From a virus: 64,000 nt of DNA. The notes beneath the pieces are model-generated. The model was given only the letters and a program-made list of their open reading frames with translations. It was not told the DNA's origin and searched no databases. Every line of letters starts with the position of its first letter. Positions within the stretch are counted from its first letter, which is position 1. Of this stretch, positions 10,003 through 18,561 are shown one piece after another. Location of the stretch: positions 32,001 through 96,000 of IMG/VR virus record IMGVR_UViG_3300038415_000014; one strand, given 5' to 3'. Position numbers and translations under genes: made by a program.

Positions 10003-13000
10003 TACGAAGCCCCTGCTGCTAGTGAGTAAGTAATCGTGAAGTTGCCCAGGGTGATGAACTCGACGCTCGTCGCCGGGATATCATGGGAGCCGGAGTCCCC
10101 ACGGATAACATAGGACACCGTGTAGGTGTGATCTGTTGGCAGATCTTGGATAATCCCGAATCCAGCAATCGAGATGACAACGTGGTTCGCAGTCCTTCTT
10201 AGGAGTTCTGCTTGTTGTGCTGCTGCGGTAGTAAATCCAGCAGCAACCAAGGTCGCTGTGTCCGTGTAGCCATTGATGACAGCTCCGCCGGAGCCAATGA
10301 TGAAGGCTTGATCAGCAGCTAATGCCACGTTAGCAAGAACACTCACCAAGGCCATGGCCTCATCGTCTTGGAAGACCCCCTTGTGCTCCGTAACCAGCCC
10401 GCCACCATCCGTCGTCGGGAAGGCTAAGGGGTTGGTCAGTAGGTAAGCAACGTTGCTCCCATGGTCCAAAGAACTCAGGTGCAAGTAAGCCGACGTGAGA
10501 GCTTCACGAAGCTTCCTGGACCCATCCGCATAGGCCATCCGAGCCAAAGGAACAACTGGGAAGTCAACACCCTGAGACTCATCAATTGCATGGATGACAT
10601 CACCTTGGGCAAGCCCGCGCCCAATGAGCCTCTGATCAGTTTCGAGGCTGGTATTGGTCCTGATATCAGGATCTGCCTTGTCCTTCGTAGCCCCAGGAAG
10701 AAGCTGTACGGTTGTCTCAAGGACAATTGAGTTCTCAATGGACTGCTTGATGACCACATCGGCTGTCGTGTGGCGCTTGCTATTCACCGTCCGTTGAAGC
10801 TGCTGCAGTAGGTCATTGATGACATAGTTGACCGTGAAGTTCTCGTCGTGCGAATAGTCCACAGATACTGTTGCCCCATTGACAATAGCTGAAGTAGAGG
10901 TACGGATGATCTTGGCTGGCGTAGTTGCCCCACCCTCAACAACCTCATAATCCGGAATAGTCGCATCAGGACCGTTGAACTCAATGGTCCTGTCCTCGCT
11001 GAATACTCGGATGCTCTTAGTGTTGATGCCGATGCTCCCGAGAGGCTCAGGTTGAGCACCAATCAAAACATGAGTTTCGTCGTTGACCTGGATACTAGCA
11101 CCAGAAGGGATACCACCAACTTGATTGATAGATAGGTAATCTGTGGAGATTGTGCTCTCCCCTTCGAGCAAAGGATCCGCCGTCTTGTAAAGGTTGTACC
11201 CAAGAGTGCTATTCAAGGCCCCAGATACCTCACCCACTACAGAGACTACTCGTCGTACAGGTTGGAAAGTGAACGTGAACTGGTTGACGCTGCGGAATCG
11301 ATAGTCAGCTGTCACCACATCATCAAAGTTCGTTACTACCTGACCTGGTAAGCTCGCATTGACTTGGAATGTCTGGTAATCCAGGATAGTCACCCCAGTC
11401 AGCAAGTAGTCCAAGCCCTGAGTGACATTCCGTACACCAAAACCAAGAGTGAGGTTATCCAAAATCTCGGTAATGGGTGTAGTTTGCGTGACCCTGCTGT
11501 CTTCTACTCGGAAGATGAGATTGACTGCATCTAGGATGATGCAGCTAATGTTCTGGGCAATGTCATAGGTGAACGCGAATCTCTCGGATACCTGACGTTC
11601 TTGAGTCCCTTGGATCCAGATATCGACTTTGCCACCAATGTGCTTGTGTCGAACCTCGTCGTAGTCACGCATCATCAAGTCGTCGCCGCTCTTGACGATC
11701 TTGGACTTCACAATTCCAACCTGCTCTGCGGACGTAGAGGCATACCCACCAGCAGTCCCCGTATCTACGGAGTACCCAAGCAAGCAACGAGTAGCCAAGT
11801 CCGAGTTACTCTCACGGTCGGACCCAAAAACTGTAGCATCTCGATTGACTACCTGGAAACCAGAGACACCTTGAACATTGGTGATCTGCCCCGCGGGTCT
11901 GTTGCCATCTGAGCCAACCTGCTCTGCGACGATGTCTACTGTGATCTCGTACTGCTTGGTATCGAAGTTGTAGTAGGTGTCCGCGATAGCGGATTGCATC
12001 ACGTATGATCCACCAACTCTGAACCTTACTGAGGGGATACCAAGAGACGAATCAGCACTTGTAGATACAATCGTCCCACTGGGTACGGGCTTATCGAAGG
12101 ATGGCCGAGCTGTAGTGTAGAATACCTCTTGTCCGAAAGCTGGTCGACCTGGCAAGCGGGTCTTATTGATGTTCCCAGCTAGCTTATCAAAGGCGGCATC
12201 AATGAGGCTCTGAACCGCGTCGTTCGTGGTGTACCCAAGAGCAGCCTTGAGCGCTGTCTTGTATGCGCTTCCGTCTACTGGGTCTGATACTCCGTCTCCG
12301 TTAGCATCATCGATCTGAAGAAGAGTCGGAAAGCTCTGAGTCCTATTGACGAAGTCTACTAGGAAGTATATACGCTCAGCTTCTGAGCTAAATGGATCAA
12401 TCGAGACGTCCCTTGTGGTGGACCCAGGAAGGAGGCCTATCTCAGTGTTAACCCGTTGGATGGCGCTGACATAGTCTGTGACCACCTGAAACTGAGTTCG
12501 ACCAGGCAATGAACGGATTGAGGTGTCAATGATTAGAGGTGAACCGAGAACTTCTTGAGAGAAAGCGCTCTCGACCTCTGAACTTGTCAGAGGATCATAG
12601 TACACTCCAGTCACGACGTAGTAGAGCGGATCAGTATCAGCTACCCCAGCCCATTGGTCATCGTTGATGCTGTCCACGCTACCTGATCGAACATGGTCGA
12701 ACTCGATGAACTCAGTTAGAGAGTAATCCTCGAAGCTAGAGGTGAAGCGGATCTTGTTACTGTAGACCGACGTGTTGTAGGTGCTACTCATCTTAGTCGC
12801 AAGGGTGTTTCCAAACTCATCCTTGCTTACTACGTTAACTTGAAGGAACTCGTCACCCGCATCGAAGATAGTCTGGTCTGCTGCAAACTGAGTGGCATTT
12901 TCCTCGAAGATGGTGGACTTTGCAGAGACTGTGGTAGCGTTGATCTTGTAATACCCAGTTGTACCACCCGCTGCTGTCGAGGCGTAAAAGTTGAACCCTA

Positions 13001-13457
13001 CGAAGTTGGTCGGAAGTGGGACTCCAGCGGTACTGAAGCGTTGAACTGGGAGGGCAGACAGGATTCGAACTGACCCCCGAAGTCTCCTCATTCTGATCCC
13101 AGATGGGGTTTCCACCTGAAGGATATCAGACTGACTGATGAGGGTCACAGAAACCGTTGACGGGACACTAACCCCACCCACGATGTCAATGGTGCGAATC
13201 TGGATTGTGTTAGCACCAGGGCTAAGCGCCAACCCATCTGGGTAGCTGCTCAGATTTGGGATAGTGAAGTTTGGGAGGTTGAAGTCAACGAGAGTCGAGT
13301 CCGAGACAAAGGCAGCACCGTTGATCGACACCTGAATGTCAGAGGTTGAGCTATCAACTGTACCTTGAATCACAATCGATTCTTGGTTTGTCGTGAAAAC
13401 AAGGTTCGTAGTGTAACCAGAACCATCCCTGAGCAAGATCTGTGGTGCGGTAGCCAT
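10002..13457 (-). CDS. Baseplate J-like wedge protein (gp6/gpJ), enlarged to 1151 aa
   Basis: GSTTRDVSID...VAEQVGSDGN...GSDRESNSDLATR...GGKVDIWI pattern of gpJ-like proteins; position after the gp25-like gene. Confidence 0.85.
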   Translation of the reverse strand: MATAPQILLRDGSGYTTNLVFTTNQESIVIQGTVDSSTSDIQVSINGAAFVSDSTLVDFNLPNFTIPNLSSYPDGLALSPGANTIQIRTIDIVGGVSVPSTVSVTLISQSDILQVETPSGIRMRRLRGSVRILSALPVQRFSTAGVPLPTNFVGFNFYASTAAGGTTGYYKINATTVSAKSTIFEENATQFAADQTIFDAGDEFLQVNVVSKDEFGNTLATKMSSTYNTSVYSNKIRFTSSFEDYSLTEFIEFDHVRSGSVDSINDDQWAGVADTDPLYYVVTGVYYDPLTSSEVESAFSQEVLGSPLIIDTSIRSLPGRTQFQVVTDYVSAIQRVNTEIGLLPGSTTRDVSIDPFSSEAERIYFLVDFVNRTQSFPTLLQIDDANGDGVSDPVDGSAYKTALKAALGYTTNDAVQSLIDAAFDKLAGNINKTRLPGRPAFGQEVFYTTARPSFDKPVPSGTIVSTSADSSLGIPSVRFRVGGSYVMQSAIADTYYNFDTKQYEITVDIVAEQVGSDGNRPAGQITNVQGVSGFQVVNRDATVFGSDRESNSDLATRCLLGYSVDTGTAGGYASTSAEQVGIVKSKIVKSGDDLMMRDYDEVRHKHIGGKVDIWIQGTQERQVSERFAFTYDIAQNISCIILDAVNLIFRVEDSRVTQTTPITEILDNLTLGFGVRNVTQGLDYLLTGVTILDYQTFQVNASLPGQVVTNFDDVVTADYRFRSVNQFTFTFQPVRRVVSVVGEVSGALNSTLGYNLYKTADPLLEGESTISTDYLSINQVGGIPSGASIQVNDETHVLIGAQPEPLGSIGINTKSIRVFSEDRTIEFNGPDATIPDYEVVEGGATTPAKIIRTSTSAIVNGATVSVDYSHDENFTVNYVINDLLQQLQRTVNSKRHTTADVVIKQSIENSIVLETTVQLLPGATKDKADPDIRTNTSLETDQRLIGRGLAQGDVIHAIDESQGVDFPVVPLARMAYADGSRKLREALTSAYLHLSSLDHGSNVAYLLTNPLAFPTTDGGGLVTEHKGVFQDDEAMALVSVLANVALAADQAFIIGSGGAVINGYTDTATLVAAGFTTAAAQQAELLRRTANHVVISIAGFGIIQDLPTDHTYTVSYVIRGDSGSHDIPATSVEFITLGNFTITYSLAAGAS

Positions 13458-13465
13458 ACTACGCC

Positions 13466-14602
13466 TTATTGAATCAATGAGTAGTTTTGCAAGTTGCTAA
13501 CGATCTCTTGTTGCTGTGTCGCCCCTAGCAGGTTATTTGGGTATGGGAGCCGCAACCCACGTGTCAATTGAATTGGTTTCAGGGATCTATTTGCAACGGT
13601 AACTGTGATGAATAGAACGGTAGGGTCATTCTGACTCTGCTCCAAGGTCACCCCTTGCAGCTGGAATGGGAACTCCTCATCAGAAACAGCTTGACCTACG
13701 GTCTCTTCCTGCTGCTTCTTGATGGATTGCCATCGCCCAAAGGCAGTGTAGATGTCAGATGTGATCCTATTCTGAAGGATTCCGCCTACTACAAGCTTCT
13801 CTCCAATTTGGTCTATGATTCTAGTACCGTACCAAGTATGAAATGAGTTAGTCCCTGCAACAGTGTAGATGATCTTCTGCACCTCTTGGATCAGAAGGAT
13901 CTCATCTCTGACTTGGATTACCTCACCAGTAACCCCATAGACCCAATCGTTTTCTATGCCAAGACCGCCGCACCTACGACACTCCTCACGGATTGTCGTG
14001 TAGTTAACCTCTAGATAGTTGAGATCGGCCCTGAGGGGCTCATCGAATACAATCTGACGAAGTGGGCGATCTGATAGAGTCCCGGGCTTGTTGACTAATG
14101 CCCATCCAGGGAACACGTTCTTGCCACTAAAGTGGCGGTTGACTGGGATTCCAAGTAGAGTAGCGAGGGTACTGACAGAATCAATGAAGACAGTGGCAGT
14201 TGGGCCCAGCAGATTGCTCCGAAAGAGCATCTTGTTGTTGTCAGTATAGAATTGGACCCCATTCACTCTTGTATTGATCAACAAGGCTAGCTGATCTGGT
14301 TGGATCCGATACCCACTTGGGATCCTGACATCTTGCCAAGGATCATTACCAACTTTTAGCCTCAGCCTGTCATTGACCCCAGTAGTGAGGGTGAACGGGC
14401 CTGAGCGAGATCCACCTGACTGCGCGGGAGTTTGAACCCCATAGGACGGGACCTCTGCAACCCCATTGGCTCGAACTATCACCGAGCTGAGGGATGCTAT
14501 CGGCCGCAAAGGGGTGGCTATCTGCCTGTCCCCTTGCATGAGCAGGTATTCCTCAGCTACCAGGTGAGTACACACTTGTTCTAGCTGACGATCATAACTC
14601 AT
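13466..14602 (-). CDS. gp25-like sheath initiator with about 200-aa N-terminal extension
   Basis: C-terminal LLIQEVQKIIYTVAGTNSFHTWYGTRI...DPTVLFITVTV; CRRC motif; position before the gpJ-like gene. Confidence 0.75.
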   Translation of the reverse strand: MSYDRQLEQVCTHLVAEEYLLMQGDRQIATPLRPIASLSSVIVRANGVAEVPSYGVQTPAQSGGSRSGPFTLTTGVNDRLRLKVGNDPWQDVRIPSGYRIQPDQLALLINTRVNGVQFYTDNNKMLFRSNLLGPTATVFIDSVSTLATLLGIPVNRHFSGKNVFPGWALVNKPGTLSDRPLRQIVFDEPLRADLNYLEVNYTTIREECRRCGGLGIENDWVYGVTGEVIQVRDEILLIQEVQKIIYTVAGTNSFHTWYGTRIIDQIGEKLVVGGILQNRITSDIYTAFGRWQSIKKQQEETVGQAVSDEEFPFQLQGVTLEQSQNDPTVLFITVTVANRSLKPIQLTRGLRLPYPNNLLGATQQQEIVSNLQNYSLIQ

Positions 14603-15348
14603 GAGCTCGACCCTCCACCTGAAGCGGTATACCCATCCGAGCCACGCTCAATCGCTGGACCATCTTGTGGAGCGCGGGTCCCACCCTGGTCGTACGACGA
14701 CATAGGAGCATAAGTGTACTTACCAAATGGGTCTTGCCCCTTGTCATCAGCGATTGCACGGTAACTAGGATCAATGAACAACTGGTTTACCAATGCTATG
14801 AGATTCTCAAGTGAGCCGTCGACATCGACTGACTTTTTGATGGTCTTGAGTTCGTTGATCTCGTCTTGTAGCTGGTCTGAGTAGTCGATCGCTCGTCGAA
14901 TCTTGCGCTCAAGTTTTTCGAGTCTGTCTAGGTTCCCCTCCGTCCAAGACCTCATCGAACGAACCGCATTCCCCGAGTCACCATCGGATAACCCTGGAAG
15001 CGGTAAGGGCTCACCGTTGGAAAGTATCTTAGAGGTAGCTGTCTCGGAACCCTTCAAGTAGTATACTGGCTGATTGAAGGACCTGACTTGAAGATCGTAG
15101 AATGGGTCCCCCCCTAACACTTCATACGCAGCTACCAATTTGCCTATAAAAGTTATGATTCCAGGTGACCCAGTCGATAGAGAGGTAGGCCTACCACCAG
15201 AGTCGTAATCAAATTTAAGGAATCCAATCCTTTGCTGCTCAATAGTGAGATGCTTGATCCTAGAATCAATATAAACAAGCTGGCTTCTAACATAAGCTAC
15301 GAAGCGAGTGAACTGTGACTTGTTAAATGTACCCAAGAAGTCCATCAT
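14599..15348 (-). CDS. Helical/coiled-coil hypothetical virion protein
   Basis: Start moved to MMDFLGTF, just past the upstream stop at 15353; heptad segment NLDRLEKLERKIRRAIDYSDQLQDEINEL. Confidence 0.7.
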   Translation of the reverse strand: MMDFLGTFNKSQFTRFVAYVRSQLVYIDSRIKHLTIEQQRIGFLKFDYDSGGRPTSLSTGSPGIITFIGKLVAAYEVLGGDPFYDLQVRSFNQPVYYLKGSETATSKILSNGEPLPLPGLSDGDSGNAVRSMRSWTEGNLDRLEKLERKIRRAIDYSDQLQDEINELKTIKKSVDVDGSLENLIALVNQLFIDPSYRAIADDKGQDPFGKYTYAPMSSYDQGGTRAPQDGPAIERGSDGYTASGGGSSS

Positions 15349-15352
15349 GGTT

Positions 15353-16228
15353 CTAGCCAGCCTTCTTCTTGAGGGTATCGGAGTACTTGAGTAAGTAATT
15401 GACTGCTGAATAAAGGAGATCGGTGGAGTCCCTGAACATCCCAATACCCGCATTACACTTACTACACAAGAAACCACGCGGTTCGTTGGTTACATGGTCA
15501 TGGTCGACTACGGCCCCTCCCTGCCCTACTCGAAGGGGTTCACCGCAAATCTCACAAGGCTTTGCATAGTCAATTACGGTACCGTACTTGTTCTTAGATC
15601 TGTAGCAACTTCTGCATAACCCTGAATTACTAACCCTAGGCTTATCAGGGTGACACACTGAAGGTGGTTGCTCCTCAAAGCGCTTTCTACCGTAGCATGA
15701 CTTACAGACCCCAGACCCAATGACATGTTCAGGTTTATTTGGGTGACACTTCGATGGGTTATGCTTACTCTCTTTTTTAGGAAAGCATGAGAAGCAAATA
15801 CCAGAACCGACTATGTACTCAGGCCTACCAGGATGACACTTTGAAGGGCTTCTTGTCATCCTAACTTGTTCTGAGCGGCACGACTTACACAAACCTGAAC
15901 CGACTATGTACTCAGGTTTGTCAGGGTGGCACTTTGATGGGGAGTGCTTACTTATTCGTTGTGAGTCGCAGCAGGACTTGCATAACCCAGAGCCAACCAC
16001 AAATTCAGGCTTATCGGGGTGACACTTTGATGGCGAGTGGGTAGCTACTCTTTTAGAATCATAGCAAGCAGAACACAAACCAGAACCAATCACAATCTCT
16101 GGCTTATCTGGGTGGCACTTAGATGGAGAATGCTTACTTACTAGCAAGGCATGATAGCAAGAATTACACAAGCCACTAGCCTTCTCAGGTCTATCCGGAT
16201 GGCAAGTAGCCTTCTTTTCCGATTTCAT
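15353..16228 (-). CDS. Endonuclease VII-family nuclease with seven N-terminal CH...CxxC repeats
   Basis: C-terminal CEICG...VDHDH.T...RGFLCSKCNAGIG; seven CHPxxP...SGxCxxC units. Confidence 0.85.
   Translation of the reverse strand: MKSEKKATCHPDRPEKASGLCNSCYHALLVSKHSPSKCHPDKPEIVIGSGLCSACYDSKRVATHSPSKCHPDKPEFVVGSGLCKSCCDSQRISKHSPSKCHPDKPEYIVGSGLCKSCRSEQVRMTRSPSKCHPGRPEYIVGSGICFSCFPKKESKHNPSKCHPNKPEHVIGSGVCKSCYGRKRFEEQPPSVCHPDKPRVSNSGLCRSCYRSKNKYGTVIDYAKPCEICGEPLRVGQGGAVVDHDHVTNEPRGFLCSKCNAGIGMFRDSTDLLYSAVNYLLKYSDTLKKKAG
15605..16204 (-). repeat. Seven degenerate coding tandem repeats of 29-31 aa (about 93 nt)
   Basis: Consensus CHPDKPEyivGSGLCksC...skhsPSK, visible in both protein and DNA. 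Confidence 0.95.
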
Positions 16229-16255
16229 TTGAATCTCTACACCTTACTAGGTCAA

Positions 16256-18400
16256 TCAAAAGATCAAACTGAAGGCTGACACGAAAGAGCTGACATCAGT
16301 CCCTGCATATGCCAGGGCAACTCCAGCCGAGTACCCACCAGGACCTGAGGGGGGCTTCGTACCTCCAGCACCATCGATGGCTTTGATCCAACCTGGGATA
16401 CCCCCAGTCGTAGTAGGTACATTCAAGAAGTAGAAACCAGCTGTGAAACTATCCAAGAAGTTCAAGATCTCAATCAGGTACTTGATGAATCGTTCCAGGA
16501 CATCAATCTTGCGGGATACTGCATCAATGTAGGCTTTGATCTCGTCGATAGCTGACCTGAAGGCATCGGCGAGAGCATCAATGCGATTGAGTAAGTCATA
16601 GATGAATTGACCACTCCATGGGATGATGTCTCTTAGCAAACTGATGGATACCCAGTCAGGTGGCGTACCACCAAGCGTGAACGACTTGATGAAGTTGACT
16701 GCATCCAATAGATTCAGCCTAACATTCACATTTGTGTAAGCTGCTTCAGTTGTAGCATAGACAGCTGGGTAACAAACCTGGTCACCGGGGAAACCCTCAG
16801 GGATATTGTTGTAGGCCGTTACCATGGCCTCAATGGTTGTGTTGTGGCCATTGAAGTTACCATCTGAGGGGATTGGTCTCGGGATAGCCCCTTGGAACAA
16901 GTCCCGAAGAGGTATCAGCATGGCGCTATTCTCTAGGAGGGAAGATCCAACGGTCTGGGCCAACTGCGCTGATTGAAGCTTCACTGACAGGTAGTTCTGA
17001 GTAACATCCGGATAGTCACCGGTAGTTGGGTCCGCCGAGATGTTCCCTCCAAAGGATAGAGGCTCGATTTGAGATAGGGCGCCACCGATGTTGGTGAGAG
17101 ATCCACAGCCTACCTGGCTCGCGGGGGTACCATTGATGGGGAGCCCATTCTTGTCGAACTGTGAGTCCTTAGCCAACGGCTGTTGAAACCCAAGGGCGAA
17201 AGCCATCCTGAAGGTGTCTTCGAGGACCGTAATCACATCAAAGTCGGGCGGAATATTAGGAAGCCGACAAGTGAGAATTGGACTTGGGCGACCCATGACC
17301 ACAGGGTCGTTTGGGTCAGAGGAGGGCCACCTCTGAATCATCTCTTTGGTAGTGGCATCCACCTCGGGGGCAGGGAAGGTGATTTCATTCTCAGAGTCGA
17401 CATCGAGAGCCCCACTGAAGGCTCGAATGCGGTAGTAGTAGGTTGTGTCCTTGTTGACAGCGCTATCTATGTACCGGAACTTACCGAGTTGAAGCAGGGA
17501 GAATATCGAGGTCGCTGAAGTCGGGTCAAGCACGAAGTACTTCTGGAACTGACGGAAGACGTCCCCTTGCTCGTCCCTTACGACTACTTTGCGACTGATG
17601 GCCTTGCCAGTCTTATCCTCGAAGTTGGTCTGCGAGGTTGTGGTCATCGGGGTTGGACCCCCAGAGAGACTCGTTCTCTCAATGAGCCAACTCTTAGGGA
17701 TCAGTTCACTGGATACACTGGCGACCAAGTCGTTGAAGCCTGGGTCAGGCGGGTACTGATTGGTCGCCAGAGTCCACTCAAGGGCAAACCCCTTCAAAGT
17801 TGCTCCGAAGACTGATGCCACCTGCAGAATCGGGTCAATACTTGGGGTAGCATTGGTCCCGCTAGAAGTCCCGGGCTTGGTCCCCGCCGGAAAGATTCGA
17901 GCATTGGCCGGAGCAACATACTTGGCTGCAGTGATCTCTTTACCGAAGAATCGGAGGAGAATCTTCATCAGGCGCAACAAGGAATAGATGTTCGTAGCAT
18001 CAGCTACAATGAGTACGAACCCACTCTGCATACTCCCCGCGAGAGGCTGAGGTCGATAGGGGTCCTTAGCGTCAAACAGGGAGGCCTTGAAGCGCCCAGT
18101 GAACGCTTGATATCCTCCCTTATAGAGATCGAAGTTTGGGTCCCTCGTCGGATTCGGTATATCGAAGTACCCGTACAACCCTGTCCGCTTCAAGCTCTCG
18201 AATAGCTGCTGAAGGACAGCTAAGAGGGCCGTTACAATAGCTCGGATTGGGTTCCCAAAATCGATGAGGAACAAGCTGATCGTATTGAGAAGAGCCTTGA
18301 TGACCTCCAAGAAGGTAACGAGAACTTCAAGGGTTGAACGAACACTTTCGAGTTCATCCTTACCCGGGATCTTGATTTCTAATGCCTTCCAATCAGACAT
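16256..18400 (-). CDS. 714-aa putative virion protein with amphipathic helical termini and a central FN3-like segment
   Basis: YIDSAVNKDTTYYYRIRAF FN3-like motif; long helices at both ends; baseplate gene context. Confidence 0.6.
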   Translation of the reverse strand: MSDWKALEIKIPGKDELESVRSTLEVLVTFLEVIKALLNTISLFLIDFGNPIRAIVTALLAVLQQLFESLKRTGLYGYFDIPNPTRDPNFDLYKGGYQAFTGRFKASLFDAKDPYRPQPLAGSMQSGFVLIVADATNIYSLLRLMKILLRFFGKEITAAKYVAPANARIFPAGTKPGTSSGTNATPSIDPILQVASVFGATLKGFALEWTLATNQYPPDPGFNDLVASVSSELIPKSWLIERTSLSGGPTPMTTTSQTNFEDKTGKAISRKVVVRDEQGDVFRQFQKYFVLDPTSATSIFSLLQLGKFRYIDSAVNKDTTYYYRIRAFSGALDVDSENEITFPAPEVDATTKEMIQRWPSSDPNDPVVMGRPSPILTCRLPNIPPDFDVITVLEDTFRMAFALGFQQPLAKDSQFDKNGLPINGTPASQVGCGSLTNIGGALSQIEPLSFGGNISADPTTGDYPDVTQNYLSVKLQSAQLAQTVGSSLLENSAMLIPLRDLFQGAIPRPIPSDGNFNGHNTTIEAMVTAYNNIPEGFPGDQVCYPAVYATTEAAYTNVNVRLNLLDAVNFIKSFTLGGTPPDWVSISLLRDIIPWSGQFIYDLLNRIDALADAFRSAIDEIKAYIDAVSRKIDVLERFIKYLIEILNFLDSFTAGFYFLNVPTTTGGIPGWIKAIDGAGGTKPPSGPGGYSAGVALAYAGTDVSSFVSAFSLIF

Positions 18401-18402
18401 AA

Positions 18403-18561
18403 TCAGCTTCCATAGGTGAGCCGCTCCAACTTTCGCCTCAAATCAGCTAGTTCTTTCTCTGAAGCAACTTGGGTGGCCTTCACGACTTCTCTGAGTTTGG
18501 AGACAATCCCAAACTCTTCCTTGTATTCCCATGCTGGTGGGGTCTGGTTGTCTTCTGGCAT
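18403..18561 (-). CDS. 52-aa small coiled-coil protein (absent from ORF track)
   Basis: MPEDNQTPPAWEYKEEFGIVSKLREVVKATQVASEKELADLRRKLERLTYGS; TGATG overlap upstream; ends 2 nt before the next ATG. Confidence 0.75.
   Translation of the reverse strand: MPEDNQTPPAWEYKEEFGIVSKLREVVKATQVASEKELADLRRKLERLTYGS

Noticed and set aside
15605-16204. CRISPR array or DGR repeat
   Set aside because: Repeats are degenerate, in-frame and protein-coding, with no constant repeat-spacer pattern and no reverse transcriptase in the window.
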